A stretch of DNA of 64,000 nucleotides from Vicinamibacterales bacterium (lineage in GTDB: Bacteria; Acidobacteriota; Vicinamibacteria; Vicinamibacterales; UBA2999), in contig JAXLRB010000020.1 of the NCBI GenBank assembly GCA_046331325.1, forward strand, positions 4,075 through 68,074, written 5' to 3'. Below the pieces are notes generated by a model, which saw only the letters and a program-made list of their open reading frames with translations, did no database searches and had not been told where the DNA came from. The first letter of the stretch is position 1, and the number at the start of each line of letters is the position of its first letter. This document shows, piece after piece, positions 1-9,795 of this stretch. A program made the translations under genes and the position numbers.

Positions 1-1667
1 ATCGCCGCGATGACGTCGTCGATCAGCACGTCGCGGCGCGTGCCGTTGAACGTCACCCCGACCTGCGGCGACGAGGCCTTGTCGCGGCCCGGCACGACGT
101 TGGCCGGCGCCTCCACGTAGAAGAACGGCGGCACCTGGTTGGGCGCGACGAGTCCCATCATGTACTGGTCCAGCAGGCTGTAGCGCTGCACGGCGCCCAC
201 CGTGCGGAACGCGCCGCCGCCGAGCGCCTCGATGTCGTTGCCCTCCATCACCGAGGCGTCCGAGTCGAAGAAGAAGCTCCAGTGGGCGTCGTCGCGGCCG
301 AGCAGGGCGTTCGACGGGCGGCGGTTCGCATCGAGAAACGACGCGAACGCCAGCCAGCGGTGTCCCGATTCCTGCCCCAGCAGGCTCATCACCGAGTCTT
401 CGCCGAGGAAGCGCTGCGCTGGATCCGCCGGGTACTTCAGGATGCGGTCCATGTTGACGATGCTCTGCAGCCGCCCGCTGCTGCCGAACTCGCGCGAGTC
501 GTCGCTCACCGGCACCCCGATGCCGCGCACGGTGTTCGCGACGGTGAATTCCTGCGCGAAGGCCTCGCCGGGCGGAAGCAGCGCGGTCTGTCCCCAGAAC
601 ACGAGCTGGTCGTAGATGTCGTCGCGGCCGCGGTAGAAGCGTTGGGCCGCGGCCACCAGATCGACGTCGGTGGTGGTGCCGAACCGTTCACCCACCGCGC
701 CCGTGGCGCCCGGCGCCTGGCCCGCGGCGCTCAGGTCCACCGGCGCGAACGACGCGGACGCACCCGGCGACACGCCCACCACCGCTTCGCCGAGGGTCAC
801 GGCGCCGAAGCGGATCTCCACCGTGCCATCGGTCAGCACCGTGGCCTGCGCGGTGACGGTGTTGGTGTCGTCGAAGCCGGGCACCGCGCACCACGTGACC
901 GTGAGACCGTTGGCGTCGGCGTTGGCGAACACGCGGCCGCCGGCCGACGGATCGAGATCGGCGAAGAACGCCGCCACCCGCGGCACGCCGCCCAGGAAGC
1001 GGCCCACGCTGCGGCTCGTGCTGGCGTTGTCGCCGGCCACGAACGTGATGTTGCCGTCGGAGTTGACGAACGCCTCGGCCGGGCGGCCGCCGAAGAACGA
1101 CAACGCGGAGGGCAGGGCGACGCGGGCGGTGTCGTCGTCGCCAAGCGACAGGCGCGACCCGAGCGCGGTGCGGAACGTGGCGTCGATCGACGCCACCTCG
1201 TAGCTGGCGCCGCTCGGCCGGAAGCGCAGGCCGGTGCCGGCGAGATCGAAGGGATTGGCGGCGAGGAAGATGGTGCCGTCGTCCTCGATCACGGCTACGT
1301 CGCCGACGTCCACCGTGGCGGCTGGCCGAGGCTCGTTCGCGTCGAGCGGCTCGGCGCGACGGTCGCCCTCGGGGCGTGGCGCCCGGTGGCGCCAGAGCGC
1401 ATCGCGCACGTCGCCCTTGGTGCGTCCGCGCTGCTCGGCCCGCTTGCGGTCGGCGGCGGCGGTGGTGTTCCGCGTGGGCGCGACGTCGGCGAAGCCCTCG
1501 ACCGTGAGCGCCGCGGCACAGGCGCTGGTCCCCGACGTCGGCGGCGGCGTGGTGGTGCCACCGCCGCCGGGCGTCGTTCCGCCGCCTCCGCCACCGCCGC
1601 AGCTCCAGCAGGCCAGGGCCACGAGCAGAGCGCTCGTCCACGACGTCGCGAGTCGAATGAGGCGCAT
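1..1667 (-). CDS. secreted, lipoprotein-like hypothetical protein; 3' end runs off the left window edge
   Basis: Absent from the ORF track because it is open to the window edge. Hand translation of the minus frame from ATG 1667..1665 gives MRLIRLATSWTSALLVALACWSCGGGGGGGTTPGGGG (signal peptide with Cys, Gly/Thr/Pro linker). Ordinary globular sequence follows (FVNSDGNITFVAGDNAS, LLGQESGHRWLAF, YSLLDQYMMGLVAPNQVPPFFYVEAP) with no stop down to base 1. The track ORFs over this span (282..1952+, 688..1866-) are Arg/Ala/Gly shadow frames. Confidence 0.6.
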   Translation of the reverse strand, partial: MRLIRLATSWTSALLVALACWSCGGGGGGGTTPGGGGTTTPPPTSGTSACAAALTVEGFADVAPTRNTTAAADRKRAEQRGRTKGDVRDALWRHRAPRPEGDRRAEPLDANEPRPAATVDVGDVAVIEDDGTIFLAANPFDLAGTGLRFRPSGASYEVASIDATFRTALGSRLSLGDDDTARVALPSALSFFGGRPAEAFVNSDGNITFVAGDNASTSRSVGRFLGGVPRVAAFFADLDPSAGGRVFANADANGLTVTWCAVPGFDDTNTVTAQATVLTDGTVEIRFGAVTLGEAVVGVSPGASASFAPVDLSAAGQAPGATGAVGERFGTTTDVDLVAAAQRFYRGRDDIYDQLVFWGQTALLPPGEAFAQEFTVANTVRGIGVPVSDDSREFGSSGRLQSIVNMDRILKYPADPAQRFLGEDSVMSLLGQESGHRWLAFASFLDANRRPSNALLGRDDAHWSFFFDSDASVMEGNDIEALGGGAFRTVGAVQRYSLLDQYMMGLVAPNQVPPFFYVEAPANVVPGRDKASSPQVGVTFNGTRRDVLIDDVIAA

Positions 1668-1786
1668 GGGATGTCGCCGGAGCGCCCCGGTAGTCTGCCT
1701 CCGGGCGACGGACGGGCACAACCGGGTCGTGCCCCGGCCCGGCCCGCGGTTGCACCCGTCGGGCTTCCCGGGTACAACTGCGCCCC

Positions 1787-2557
1787 ATGCTGCGACCACG
1801 CTCCGTGTGGCTCGCCCTGGCCTTCGCGACGCTCGGCGTCCACGCGGCCTCGGCGCAGGACCACACCTACTCCTCGTCCGACATCTCTTCAGGACTCAAG
1901 ACCTACGGCGCCCAGTGCCAGTTGTGCCACGGCGCCAACGGCGACACGGTGAACGGCGTGAACCTGCGCCTCGGCCGCTTCAAGCGCGCCGTCACCGACG
2001 ACGACCTCGCGCAGGTGGTTGCCAAGGGCGTGCCACCGGCGATGCCGGCCTTCAACCTCTCGGCCGACGAGGCGCGCGGTGTCGTGGCGTTCATCCGCGC
2101 CGGCTTCGATCCCTCGGGCACGGCCGTGAAGGTGGGCCACGTGGACCGCGGCCAGGCGCTCTTCGCCGGCAAGGGCGGCTGCGCCACCTGCCATCGGGTG
2201 AACGGCGTCGGACCGCGGTCGTCGGCGCCCGACCTGAGCGACATCGGCGCGCAGCGCACGCCGGCGGCGCTGCAGCGCTCGCTGCTCGATCCCACGAAGG
2301 CGATGCTGCCGATCAACCGGCCCGTCACCATCACCACGAAGACCGGTCGCACCGTGCGCGGCCGCCGCACCAACGAAGACACGCTCTCGGTGCAGCTCGT
2401 CGACGACGCCGGACAGCTGGTCACCGTGGTGAAGGCCGACATCGCGAAGCTCGAGCCCGCGAAGACCTCGCCCATGCCGCCGGCAACCAAGACGCTGAAT
2501 CCCGATGAGATCGCCGACGTGGTCGGCTACCTGCTGTCGCTGCGAGGTGTGCAATGA
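1787..2557 (+). CDS. diheme c-type cytochrome (periplasmic, signal peptide)
   Basis: Two CxxCH heme motifs (CQLCH, CATCH). N-terminal signal MLRPRSVWLALAFATLGVHAASAQ. The stop overlaps the next start (ATGA at 2554-2557). Confidence 0.85.
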   Translation: MLRPRSVWLALAFATLGVHAASAQDHTYSSSDISSGLKTYGAQCQLCHGANGDTVNGVNLRLGRFKRAVTDDDLAQVVAKGVPPAMPAFNLSADEARGVVAFIRAGFDPSGTAVKVGHVDRGQALFAGKGGCATCHRVNGVGPRSSAPDLSDIGAQRTPAALQRSLLDPTKAMLPINRPVTITTKTGRTVRGRRTNEDTLSVQLVDDAGQLVTVVKADIAKLEPAKTSPMPPATKTLNPDEIADVVGYLLSLRGVQ

Positions 2558-4212
2558 GCCGCCGACTCACGTTCCTGTTCGTGCTGGCCGCGATCATCGC
2601 GGCGGTGTCGGTGGCGCCGCAGGCGCAGATCACCGCCGATCGCATCGTGGCCGCGGCGAAGGAGCCGCAGAACTGGATCACCTACAACGGCGACTACACG
2701 AGCCGCCGCTACAGCACGCTGTCGGAAGTGACGCCCGCCAACGTCGGCCGGCTCGAGCTGAAGTGGGTGCTGCAGAACCAGGTGTTCGGCGCGTGGCAGT
2801 CGAATCCGCTCGTCGTCGACGGCGTGATGTACCTCACGCAGCGGCCGAACGACGTGATGGCGGTCGACGCGAAGACCGGCTCGATGTACTGGCTGTATCG
2901 CCACACGCCGTCGCCCGACGCAAAGGTGTGCTGCGGCGCCAACAACCGCGGCCTCGCCATGCTGGGCGACACGCTGTTCATGGGCACGCTCGACGCGCAT
3001 CTCGTGGCCATCGATCGCGTGACCGGCAAGGCGCTGTGGAACATCGCGGTCGCGGATGTGAAGCAGGCCTACTCGATCACCATGGCGCCGCTCGTCATCA
3101 AGGACAAGGTGCTCGTGGGTGTGGGCGGCGGCGAGTACGGCATCCGCGGCTTCGTCGCGGCCTACGACGCGAAGACCGGCAAGGAGGCCTGGAAGTTCTA
3201 CACGATTCCCGGTCCCGGCGAGCCGGGCCACGACACGTGGGACGCCGACGACTGGAAGACCGGCGGCGCACCGGCGTGGGTCACTGGCTCGTACGATCCG
3301 GCGCTGAACCTCACCTACTGGGGCATTGGGAATCCCGGGCCCGACTGGAACCCGAAGCAGCGCCCCGGCGACAACCTCTACGCCGACTGCGTCGTCGCGC
3401 TCGACGCCGACACCGGCAAGCTGAAGTGGCACTTCCAGTTCACGCCGAACGACGCCTACGACTACGACGCCGTGCAGATTCCGGTGCTCGTCGACATGCC
3501 GTGGAAGGGCGTGCCGTCGAAGCTGATGCTGTGGGCCAACCGCAACGGCTTCTTCTACGTGCTCGACCGCGTCACCGGCAAGTTCCTTTCGGGCACGCCG
3601 TTCGTGAAGGTGAACTGGGCCAGCGGCCTCGATGCGAACGGCCGGCCGATCCAGACGCCGCAGCCGCTCGGCTCGGTGACGTATCCCGGCAACCAAGGCG
3701 GCACCAACTGGTATCCGCCGTCGTTCAGCCCGCGCACGAATCTCTTCTACTTCTCGGCGTGGGAGAACTACGGCACGATCTACCGCCCCGAAGAAAGCGA
3801 ATACAAGCCCGGACAGCTCTTCGTCGGCGGCGGCTTCGCGGTGGCCGCGCCGGCGCCCGGCGCGCCCACGATCGGCATCGGCCGCAAGGGCCCGATCAAC
3901 AACTGGACCGACGAAGTCGGCAACGGCGCGGTGATGGCGATGGATCCCGCCACCGGCCAGGTGAAGTGGAAGGTGCGCCAGCACGACGTGAGCGACGCCG
4001 GCATGCTCACCACCGCGACCGACCTGCTCTTCACGGGCGGACGCGAAGGCCACTTCTTCGCGCTCGACGCGCGGGATGGCAAGGAGCTGTGGCGGACGAG
4101 TCTCGGCGGCCAGATCGTGATGGCGCCGATCACCTATCAGGTGGACGGCAAACAGTACGTCACGGTGATCGCCGGCAACGCGCTCTATACCTTCGCGCTG
4201 CGCGCGCAGTAG
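2554..4212 (+). CDS. PQQ-dependent dehydrogenase, methanol/ethanol family (quinoprotein, 8-bladed propeller)
   Basis: Signal peptide. Vicinal Cys pair KVCCGANNRG. Repeated W-motif propeller pattern (GKALWNI, GKEAWKF, GKLKWHF, GQVKWKV, GKELWRT). Catalytic-region motif NDAYDYDAVQ. Confidence 0.9.
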   Translation: MSRRLTFLFVLAAIIAAVSVAPQAQITADRIVAAAKEPQNWITYNGDYTSRRYSTLSEVTPANVGRLELKWVLQNQVFGAWQSNPLVVDGVMYLTQRPNDVMAVDAKTGSMYWLYRHTPSPDAKVCCGANNRGLAMLGDTLFMGTLDAHLVAIDRVTGKALWNIAVADVKQAYSITMAPLVIKDKVLVGVGGGEYGIRGFVAAYDAKTGKEAWKFYTIPGPGEPGHDTWDADDWKTGGAPAWVTGSYDPALNLTYWGIGNPGPDWNPKQRPGDNLYADCVVALDADTGKLKWHFQFTPNDAYDYDAVQIPVLVDMPWKGVPSKLMLWANRNGFFYVLDRVTGKFLSGTPFVKVNWASGLDANGRPIQTPQPLGSVTYPGNQGGTNWYPPSFSPRTNLFYFSAWENYGTIYRPEESEYKPGQLFVGGGFAVAAPAPGAPTIGIGRKGPINNWTDEVGNGAVMAMDPATGQVKWKVRQHDVSDAGMLTTATDLLFTGGREGHFFALDARDGKELWRTSLGGQIVMAPITYQVDGKQYVTVIAGNALYTFALRAQ

Positions 4213-4214
4213 TC

Positions 4215-5912
4215 ATGCGGGGGCGGGATCGACGCGCGTTCCTGACCGCGTGCGCCGCCAGCGGCGTGGGCGCCACGCTGCTGCCGGAGATCCTGTGGGC
4301 GCAGATCCAGCCGGGCACGCGAACGCTCACGCTCGACATGGTGCGTGGCGCGGCGCAACTCGCCGGCCTGACGTGGACCGACGCCGAGTGCCAGGACCTG
4401 TTCGACTCGCTGTCGCGCCTGGCGCGCGCCACCGAGGTCACCGGCAAGGCGTCGCTGACCAACGCGTCGCCGCTGCCGGTGCACTTCAACCCGGTGCCGT
4501 CGGGCGAGCCGCTGCCGCCCGCGCCGCCGGCGGTGTTCCGCACCACGCCGGTCGCGCGCGTCACGGCGCCCGCCGCGATCGAGGCGGTGGCCTACTGGCC
4601 CATCGCCCGGCTGGCGCGGCTCGTCGAGACACGCCAGGTCACGTCGACGGCGCTGACCACGATGTACGTGGATCGCCTGAAGCGTCACAACGGCGTGCTG
4701 AACTGCGTGGCCGCGTTGACGGAGACGCGGGCGCTCGCTGAAGCGGCCGCCGCCGACAAGGAGATCGCGGCCGGGAAGTACCGTGGCGAGCTGCACGGCA
4801 TCCCGTACGGCGTGAAAGACATCATCGCCGCCGTGGGCGCGCCCACGCGCTGGGGCGCGCCGCCGTTCGAGACGCAGACCTTCGATGACGACGCCACCGT
4901 GGTGCGCCGCCTGCACGAGGCCGGCGCCGTGCTCGTGGCCAAGCTGACCACCGGCGAGATGGCGTTCGGCGATCAGTGGGCCGGCGGACGCACGAACAAC
5001 CCCTGGAATCCCGAGCAGGGCTCGAGCGGTTCGTCGGCCGGTCCCGGCGCGGCCACCGCCGCCGGACTCGTGGCGTTCAGCATCGGCAGCGACACCGGCG
5101 GATCGATCCTGTCGCCGTCGGAACGCTGCGGACTCGTTGGACTGCGCCCGACGTTCGGGCGCGTGAGCCGCTACGGCGTGATGACCGCCGGCAGCACGCT
5201 CGACAAGATGGGGCCCATGTGCCGCCACGCCGAGGACGTGGCCGTGGTGCTCCGCGCCATCGCCGGGCCCGACGACAAGGATCTGGCCGTCGTGCGCGAT
5301 CGTCCCATCGTCTACGACGCGCGGGCGCCACTGCCCACGCGCATCGGCTACGTGCCGGCGATGACGGAGGCCGAGAAAGAGCCGGAGGCGCGCGCCAACA
5401 ACGAGCGCGTGTTCGCCATGCTGAAGCGCCTCGGCTGCGCGCTGCATCCGGTGACCATCCCGGCGGGCGGCGATCTCAGCTACTTCATCGAGTACACCGA
5501 ACGCGCGGCCGCGTTCGACAGCTTCACCACGAGCGGCCGCCACACCGGGCTGCGGCCGCGCAACAGCCGCTTCCTGCGGGCGGGCCAGCTCGTGACCGCC
5601 GTGGACTATCTGCAGGCCAACCGCCGGCGCGCCGTCATCATGCAGGAGATGGCGCGCGCCATCCGCGACGTCGACGCGGTGATGTTCACGTCGATGACAC
5701 TCGACGAGCGCACCAGCCTGAATCCGGTGCTGAGCCTCACCGGCCATCCGTCGATCGCCATTCCCAACGGCTTCCGCGCCGACGGCACGCCCACGGCCGT
5801 CATGTTCTCGGGACACCTGTATCGCGAGGGCGATCTCATCGCCCTCGGCGCGGCGTGGCAGCAGGCCACGGGCGACGCCGGCCGGCAGCCGCCGCGCTTC
5901 AGTGTGAGCTGA
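4215..5912 (+). CDS. amidase (amidase-signature family) with twin-arginine signal
   Basis: This is the last 565 codons of track ORF 2505..5912, starting at ATG 4215, 2 nt after the PQQ-DH stop. Tat motif MRGRDRRAFLTACAASGVGA. AS-family core GGSSGSSAGPGAATAAGLVAFSIGSDTGGSI and GIPYGVKDI. Confidence 0.85.
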   Translation: MRGRDRRAFLTACAASGVGATLLPEILWAQIQPGTRTLTLDMVRGAAQLAGLTWTDAECQDLFDSLSRLARATEVTGKASLTNASPLPVHFNPVPSGEPLPPAPPAVFRTTPVARVTAPAAIEAVAYWPIARLARLVETRQVTSTALTTMYVDRLKRHNGVLNCVAALTETRALAEAAAADKEIAAGKYRGELHGIPYGVKDIIAAVGAPTRWGAPPFETQTFDDDATVVRRLHEAGAVLVAKLTTGEMAFGDQWAGGRTNNPWNPEQGSSGSSAGPGAATAAGLVAFSIGSDTGGSILSPSERCGLVGLRPTFGRVSRYGVMTAGSTLDKMGPMCRHAEDVAVVLRAIAGPDDKDLAVVRDRPIVYDARAPLPTRIGYVPAMTEAEKEPEARANNERVFAMLKRLGCALHPVTIPAGGDLSYFIEYTERAAAFDSFTTSGRHTGLRPRNSRFLRAGQLVTAVDYLQANRRRAVIMQEMARAIRDVDAVMFTSMTLDERTSLNPVLSLTGHPSIAIPNGFRADGTPTAVMFSGHLYREGDLIALGAAWQQATGDAGRQPPRFSVS

Positions 5913-5921
5913 GGCGCCGCG

Positions 5922-6998
5922 TCAGACGACGCGCGCGCCGTCGAAGACCACCGCCGACGGTCGATCCAGCACGGCCAGATCCGCGCGCGGGTCGGCGTCG
6001 TAGAGCACGAGATCGGCGACGCCGTCCGCTCCGGCCGCCGTGAATCCCAGCCACTGCCGTGCCGCCGTCGAACCCGCGGCGATCGCCTGCGTGTGCGTGA
6101 GCCCGAACTGCGGCAGGTATTCCAGCTCGCGGACGAGCGCCGCGCCCGGCACTTCGTCGGTGCCCGCCAGAATCGGCACGCCGCGCGCCAGCGCGCGCGG
6201 CAGCAGATCGCGCAACATGTCGAAGTGCCCGCGGAGGTAGGCGCCCACCGGCGTCTGCTGCGCGAGCAGGGCGCCGGTGTGCTTGTAGGCGGTGGCGAAG
6301 GTGGTGGTCCACGCGATCTGGCGATCGGCCATGGCGGCCACGAGATCCGGCGTGAGTGCCATGCCGTGTTCGATCCCGTCGACGCCGGCGGCGACGAGAT
6401 CCGCGGCGCCCAGGCCCGTGGAATGCGCCATCACCCGCGCCCCGGCCGCGTGCGTCTCACGCACCAGCGTCGCGAGCACGTCGCGTGGGTAGTTCGCGGG
6501 CGCGGTGAACCAGTTGCCGTCGGGCCCGGGAAAATCGCCGAGCACCTTCACCCACTGCGCGCCGGCCGATACCTCATCGAGCGCCACGCGCACGAGATCC
6601 TCCGCCTCGACGAGCCGGCAGACGTTGGGATAGCCGCGTCCGGGCGGCGCCAGGATGCAGCCGGCGCGTTGCAGGCGCGGGCCGTCGCCGGATTCACGCG
6701 GCACGCCGCCCCACGCGCAGCCGGCATCGCGCACGGCCAGGATGCCAGCCTCGCGAAAGGCGCGCGCGTTGGCCGCCATGAGCGCGTCACTGCCGTCGTC
6801 GAACGGCTGCCGGCGGCCGAAGTTCATCGTGAGATGCACGTGGGCGTCGGTCAGGCCGCCTGGCAACCACCAGCCGCCGGGCAGATCGGCCGCACCGGGC
6901 ACGGGCCGATCGGTGAGGCGGCCGTCGACGATCCACAGATCTTCGGGCGTCCCGCCGTCGGGCAGGCGCACGGCACGCAGATGCAGGGCTGGGGACAT
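5922..6998 (-). CDS. amidohydrolase-family metal-dependent hydrolase
   Basis: Internal ATG 6998 of ORF 5922..7067, preceded by GGAGG. HxH metal motif GGLTDAHVHL. C-terminal AGTDE and LVLYDADP are typical of COG1228-like amidohydrolases. Confidence 0.75.
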   Translation of the reverse strand: MSPALHLRAVRLPDGGTPEDLWIVDGRLTDRPVPGAADLPGGWWLPGGLTDAHVHLTMNFGRRQPFDDGSDALMAANARAFREAGILAVRDAGCAWGGVPRESGDGPRLQRAGCILAPPGRGYPNVCRLVEAEDLVRVALDEVSAGAQWVKVLGDFPGPDGNWFTAPANYPRDVLATLVRETHAAGARVMAHSTGLGAADLVAAGVDGIEHGMALTPDLVAAMADRQIAWTTTFATAYKHTGALLAQQTPVGAYLRGHFDMLRDLLPRALARGVPILAGTDEVPGAALVRELEYLPQFGLTHTQAIAAGSTAARQWLGFTAAGADGVADLVLYDADPRADLAVLDRPSAVVFDGARVV

Positions 6999-7017
6999 GC
7001 GGGCCTCCGTCGTGATG

Positions 7018-8385
7018 CTACGTCCGCGAGGGCGCCGGCGTGCCGGCGATCGACGCCGATCCGCCAACCCGGCCGGAAGCGCCGCGCCAGACGCGCCACA
7101 GCGACGACGGGGTCATCAGGCTCTGCGGCGGCGCCAGCAGGTTGGCCACGCGCATGAAGCGGATGGCGAGCGTGCCGTCATGGTGCGCGACGCGGTGGAG
7201 ACGCGTCATGTAGCGGTTGATGGCAGTGACGGCGACGGACCGTGGGCCCACGGTTTCCGGCATACGCAGGTCGTTGCCGACGGCCGTGGTCCACGGGGTG
7301 TCGACGATGCGGGCGGCGGCGCGGAAGAAGCGGCGTCCGATGTCGCGGCGCCCGGCCGCGAGCACCTCGTGCAGCGCCATGGCTTCCAGCGCCGACACCG
7401 ACATCCCCTGGCCATAGATCGGGTTGAAGCTGCAGATGGCGTCGCCGATCGTCAGCAGGCCTTCTGGCCAGCGCGTGAGACGTTCGTAGCGGCGTCGCAC
7501 ACTGGCCGGGAACTTCGACGACACCGGATCACCGACGGGCTCGGCCTGCGCCACGACGTCATGGATGTCGCGCGTCGGCAGTCGCGTCGTGAAGTCGATG
7601 AAGCCGGCGAGGTCCATCGGCGCGCCGGGCACGAAGTGCGCGATCAGCGTCACCGACCAGCGATCGCCTTCCTGCGCGATCATCACGCCGCCGCGCTTGC
7701 CCTCGGGCGTGGGTGGCACGACGGCGCCGGCGTCGCCCTGCAGGTGTTCGGGCCGTCGCCGGAAGTAGCGGGTGGTGTAGGTGAGGCCGATCTCCACGCG
7801 CTGCTCGATCGGCGCGTCGTAGCCGAGCGTCGCCAGCCAGTCGGGCAGGCGCGAGCCGCGACCCGTGGCGTCGACCACGAGGTCGGCGGTCAGCGTGGCG
7901 CCATCGCGAAGCTCGACGCCGGTGACGCGGCGGCCGTCGCTCGAGGCCGTGAGCCGTTCCACGTGGCTCGCCTCGCGGAAGACGATGCGCGGCGTGGCTT
8001 CGGTGCGTCGGCGCACCGCTGCCTCGAGGCACGGTCGCGACAGCATCAGGCCGTCGATGCCGCTTGGGTGCTGCGCCAGGGGCGCACCCTCGAACACCCA
8101 GCGCAGGTCGCGCAGGCTGTCGCACGGCACCGCTCCAGCCGCCAGCAGCTCCGCGCCGAGCCCCGGGAACAGACGCTCGAGCACGCCGATGCCGCTGGCC
8201 AGCAACCCGTGCGTGTGTCGCGACTGCGGCACGCCGCGACGATGCGCCGCCTCGCGCGGCAGGTCGTCGCGCTCGACGATCGTCACCGTCTCGAAGTGAT
8301 CACTGAGCACGCGGGCAGCGAGCAGTCCCGCCATGCTGCCACCCAACACCACTGCCTGGCCCATCCGCGACCGCTCTCCGGCCAT
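7018..8385 (-). CDS. FAD-dependent oxidoreductase/monooxygenase-like protein
   Basis: ATG 8385 within ORF 7018..9114, preceded by GGGGAGG. Rossmann dinucleotide motif QAVVLGGSMAGLLAARVL..VTIVERD. Later GDAICSFNPIYGQGMS is FAD-attachment-like. Confidence 0.75.
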   Translation of the reverse strand: MAGERSRMGQAVVLGGSMAGLLAARVLSDHFETVTIVERDDLPREAAHRRGVPQSRHTHGLLASGIGVLERLFPGLGAELLAAGAVPCDSLRDLRWVFEGAPLAQHPSGIDGLMLSRPCLEAAVRRRTEATPRIVFREASHVERLTASSDGRRVTGVELRDGATLTADLVVDATGRGSRLPDWLATLGYDAPIEQRVEIGLTYTTRYFRRRPEHLQGDAGAVVPPTPEGKRGGVMIAQEGDRWSVTLIAHFVPGAPMDLAGFIDFTTRLPTRDIHDVVAQAEPVGDPVSSKFPASVRRRYERLTRWPEGLLTIGDAICSFNPIYGQGMSVSALEAMALHEVLAAGRRDIGRRFFRAAARIVDTPWTTAVGNDLRMPETVGPRSVAVTAINRYMTRLHRVAHHDGTLAIRFMRVANLLAPPQSLMTPSSLWRVWRGASGRVGGSASIAGTPAPSRT

Positions 8386-8619
8386 GTCGTCCTCCCCCGG
8401 GACACGACGCCCGTTCTCGTCGCACCTACGGGGGCCGACGTGGTCTGGATTGGCGCGCTCGGGGGGAAATCCAGCCTCGTCGCCCGGCCGTAAGGACCAG
8501 CAGCCATGCTGCACCATCACCGGACCCTCGCCTGGCCCACGGCGCCCCGCCCCAGTGGCCCGGCGCCCGTCTGGAACGCGCCGCCCGGGCCTTGTGCGCG
8601 ATTCACGGCCCGTGGCAGG

Positions 8620-9213
8620 ATGCCGGCCGTGACGGGCGCGGCGGAACGTCCCTCGATGCTCGACCTGCTGCAGCGCGTGGCGGCCCGCGACGAGTCCGCG
8701 CTGGCCGAGCTCTACGACCGCCACAGCAGCCTGGCCTACGCCGTGATCCGCCGCATCCTGCGCGACGCGTCCGACGCCGACGACGTGCTGCAGGAGACGT
8801 TCGTGCGCGTGTGGTCGCGGGCCGAGACCTACGACGCCCGCCTCGGTTCGCCCGAGGCGTGGCTCGTCCGCATCGCCCGCAACCGGGCCATCGATCGGGT
8901 GCGGGCGCGGCGCGTCCGCGAGCACCTGGCGGTCGACACCGGCATCACCGAGACGGGCGAGTCCCGCGTGCCGGAGCCCGAGACGCACGTGACACCCGAA
9001 CACGTCGTGCGGGACGCCGCCACCGCGCGAGCGATCCGCCGGGCCCTCACGGATCTGCCCGATGCGCAGCGCGCGCTGATCGAGGCGGCGTTCTTCGAGG
9101 GTTACACTCATCACGAGCTGGCCACGCGCTTCAACGTGCCGCTCGGCACCGTGAAAACCCGGATTCGCAGCGGCCTGACGACGATGCGCGGGCGCCTGGA
9201 GCAGGTCGTATGA
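8620..9213 (+). CDS. ECF-type RNA polymerase sigma-70 family factor
   Basis: Region 2 (DADDVLQETFVRVW, AWLVRIARNRAIDRVR) and region 4 (LPDAQRALIEAAFFEGYTHHELATRFNVPLGTVKTRIRSGL). The start is uncertain (ATG 8620 or ATG 8656). Confidence 0.85.
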   Translation: MPAVTGAAERPSMLDLLQRVAARDESALAELYDRHSSLAYAVIRRILRDASDADDVLQETFVRVWSRAETYDARLGSPEAWLVRIARNRAIDRVRARRVREHLAVDTGITETGESRVPEPETHVTPEHVVRDAATARAIRRALTDLPDAQRALIEAAFFEGYTHHELATRFNVPLGTVKTRIRSGLTTMRGRLEQVV

Positions 9214-9770
9214 TTCCCGCCGAACTCGAAGCCCTGGCGCTTGCCGACGCGGTCGGCGCGCTCGATGCCGAGGAGCAGCGCACGCTCGCCGCGCAGGTGG
9301 CAGCGCTCTCGCCCGAGGATCAGGCCGCCGTGGCGCGGCTGTACGACACGGCGCTCGCCGTGGCGGCCAGTGCCGAGCCCGCGACGCCGCCGCCGCACGT
9401 GCGGGCCCGCGTGCTGGCCGCGGCGCGCACGCCCGGACGCTACACGCTGCGCGCCGAGGCGCGCGACGACTGGTTCGCCACCCCGTTTGCCGGCATCACG
9501 GCGCGCGTGCTGGCGGTGGATCGCGCGTCGCAGATGGCCACGCTGCTGCTGCGCGCCGAGCCCGGCGCCGTGTATCCCTCGCATCACCACCACGGCGGCG
9601 AGGAGTGCTACGTGATCCGCGGGTCGGTCGTCATCGATGGCCAGACGCTGCGGGCCGGCGACTTCCACCACGCCGACGCCGGCTCGGACCACGGCGAGAT
9701 CCGCACCGAGGACGGCGCCGAGGTGATGATCGTCGGCGCGGTCGAAGACTACCTGCCCGGCGTCCAGTGA
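9210..9770 (+). CDS. soluble anti-sigma factor with C-terminal ChrR-like cupin domain
   Basis: ATGA overlap with the sigma stop (9210-9213). The Ala-rich N-terminal helix region has no TM segment. C-terminal cupin motifs are YPSHHHHGGEECYVIRG and GDFHHADAGSDHG. Confidence 0.65.
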   Translation: MIPAELEALALADAVGALDAEEQRTLAAQVAALSPEDQAAVARLYDTALAVAASAEPATPPPHVRARVLAAARTPGRYTLRAEARDDWFATPFAGITARVLAVDRASQMATLLLRAEPGAVYPSHHHHGGEECYVIRGSVVIDGQTLRAGDFHHADAGSDHGEIRTEDGAEVMIVGAVEDYLPGVQ

Positions 9771-9795
9771 CCCCGGTCGGGCGGGCGCGTATAGT

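Noticed and set aside
2505-5912. A single 1135-aa ORF spanning the PQQ-dehydrogenase region and the amidase
   Set aside because: The first 570 codons are an out-of-frame shadow of the PQQ dehydrogenase gene. Only the part from ATG 4215 (Tat signal onward) looks like protein.
8573-8600. ECF-type autoregulatory promoter upstream of the sigma gene (GGAAC at 8573-8577)
   Set aside because: A GGAAC -35-like pentamer is present, but no CGT/GTC-type -10 element follows at a 16-17 nt spacing. A single pentamer is not enough in 70% GC DNA.
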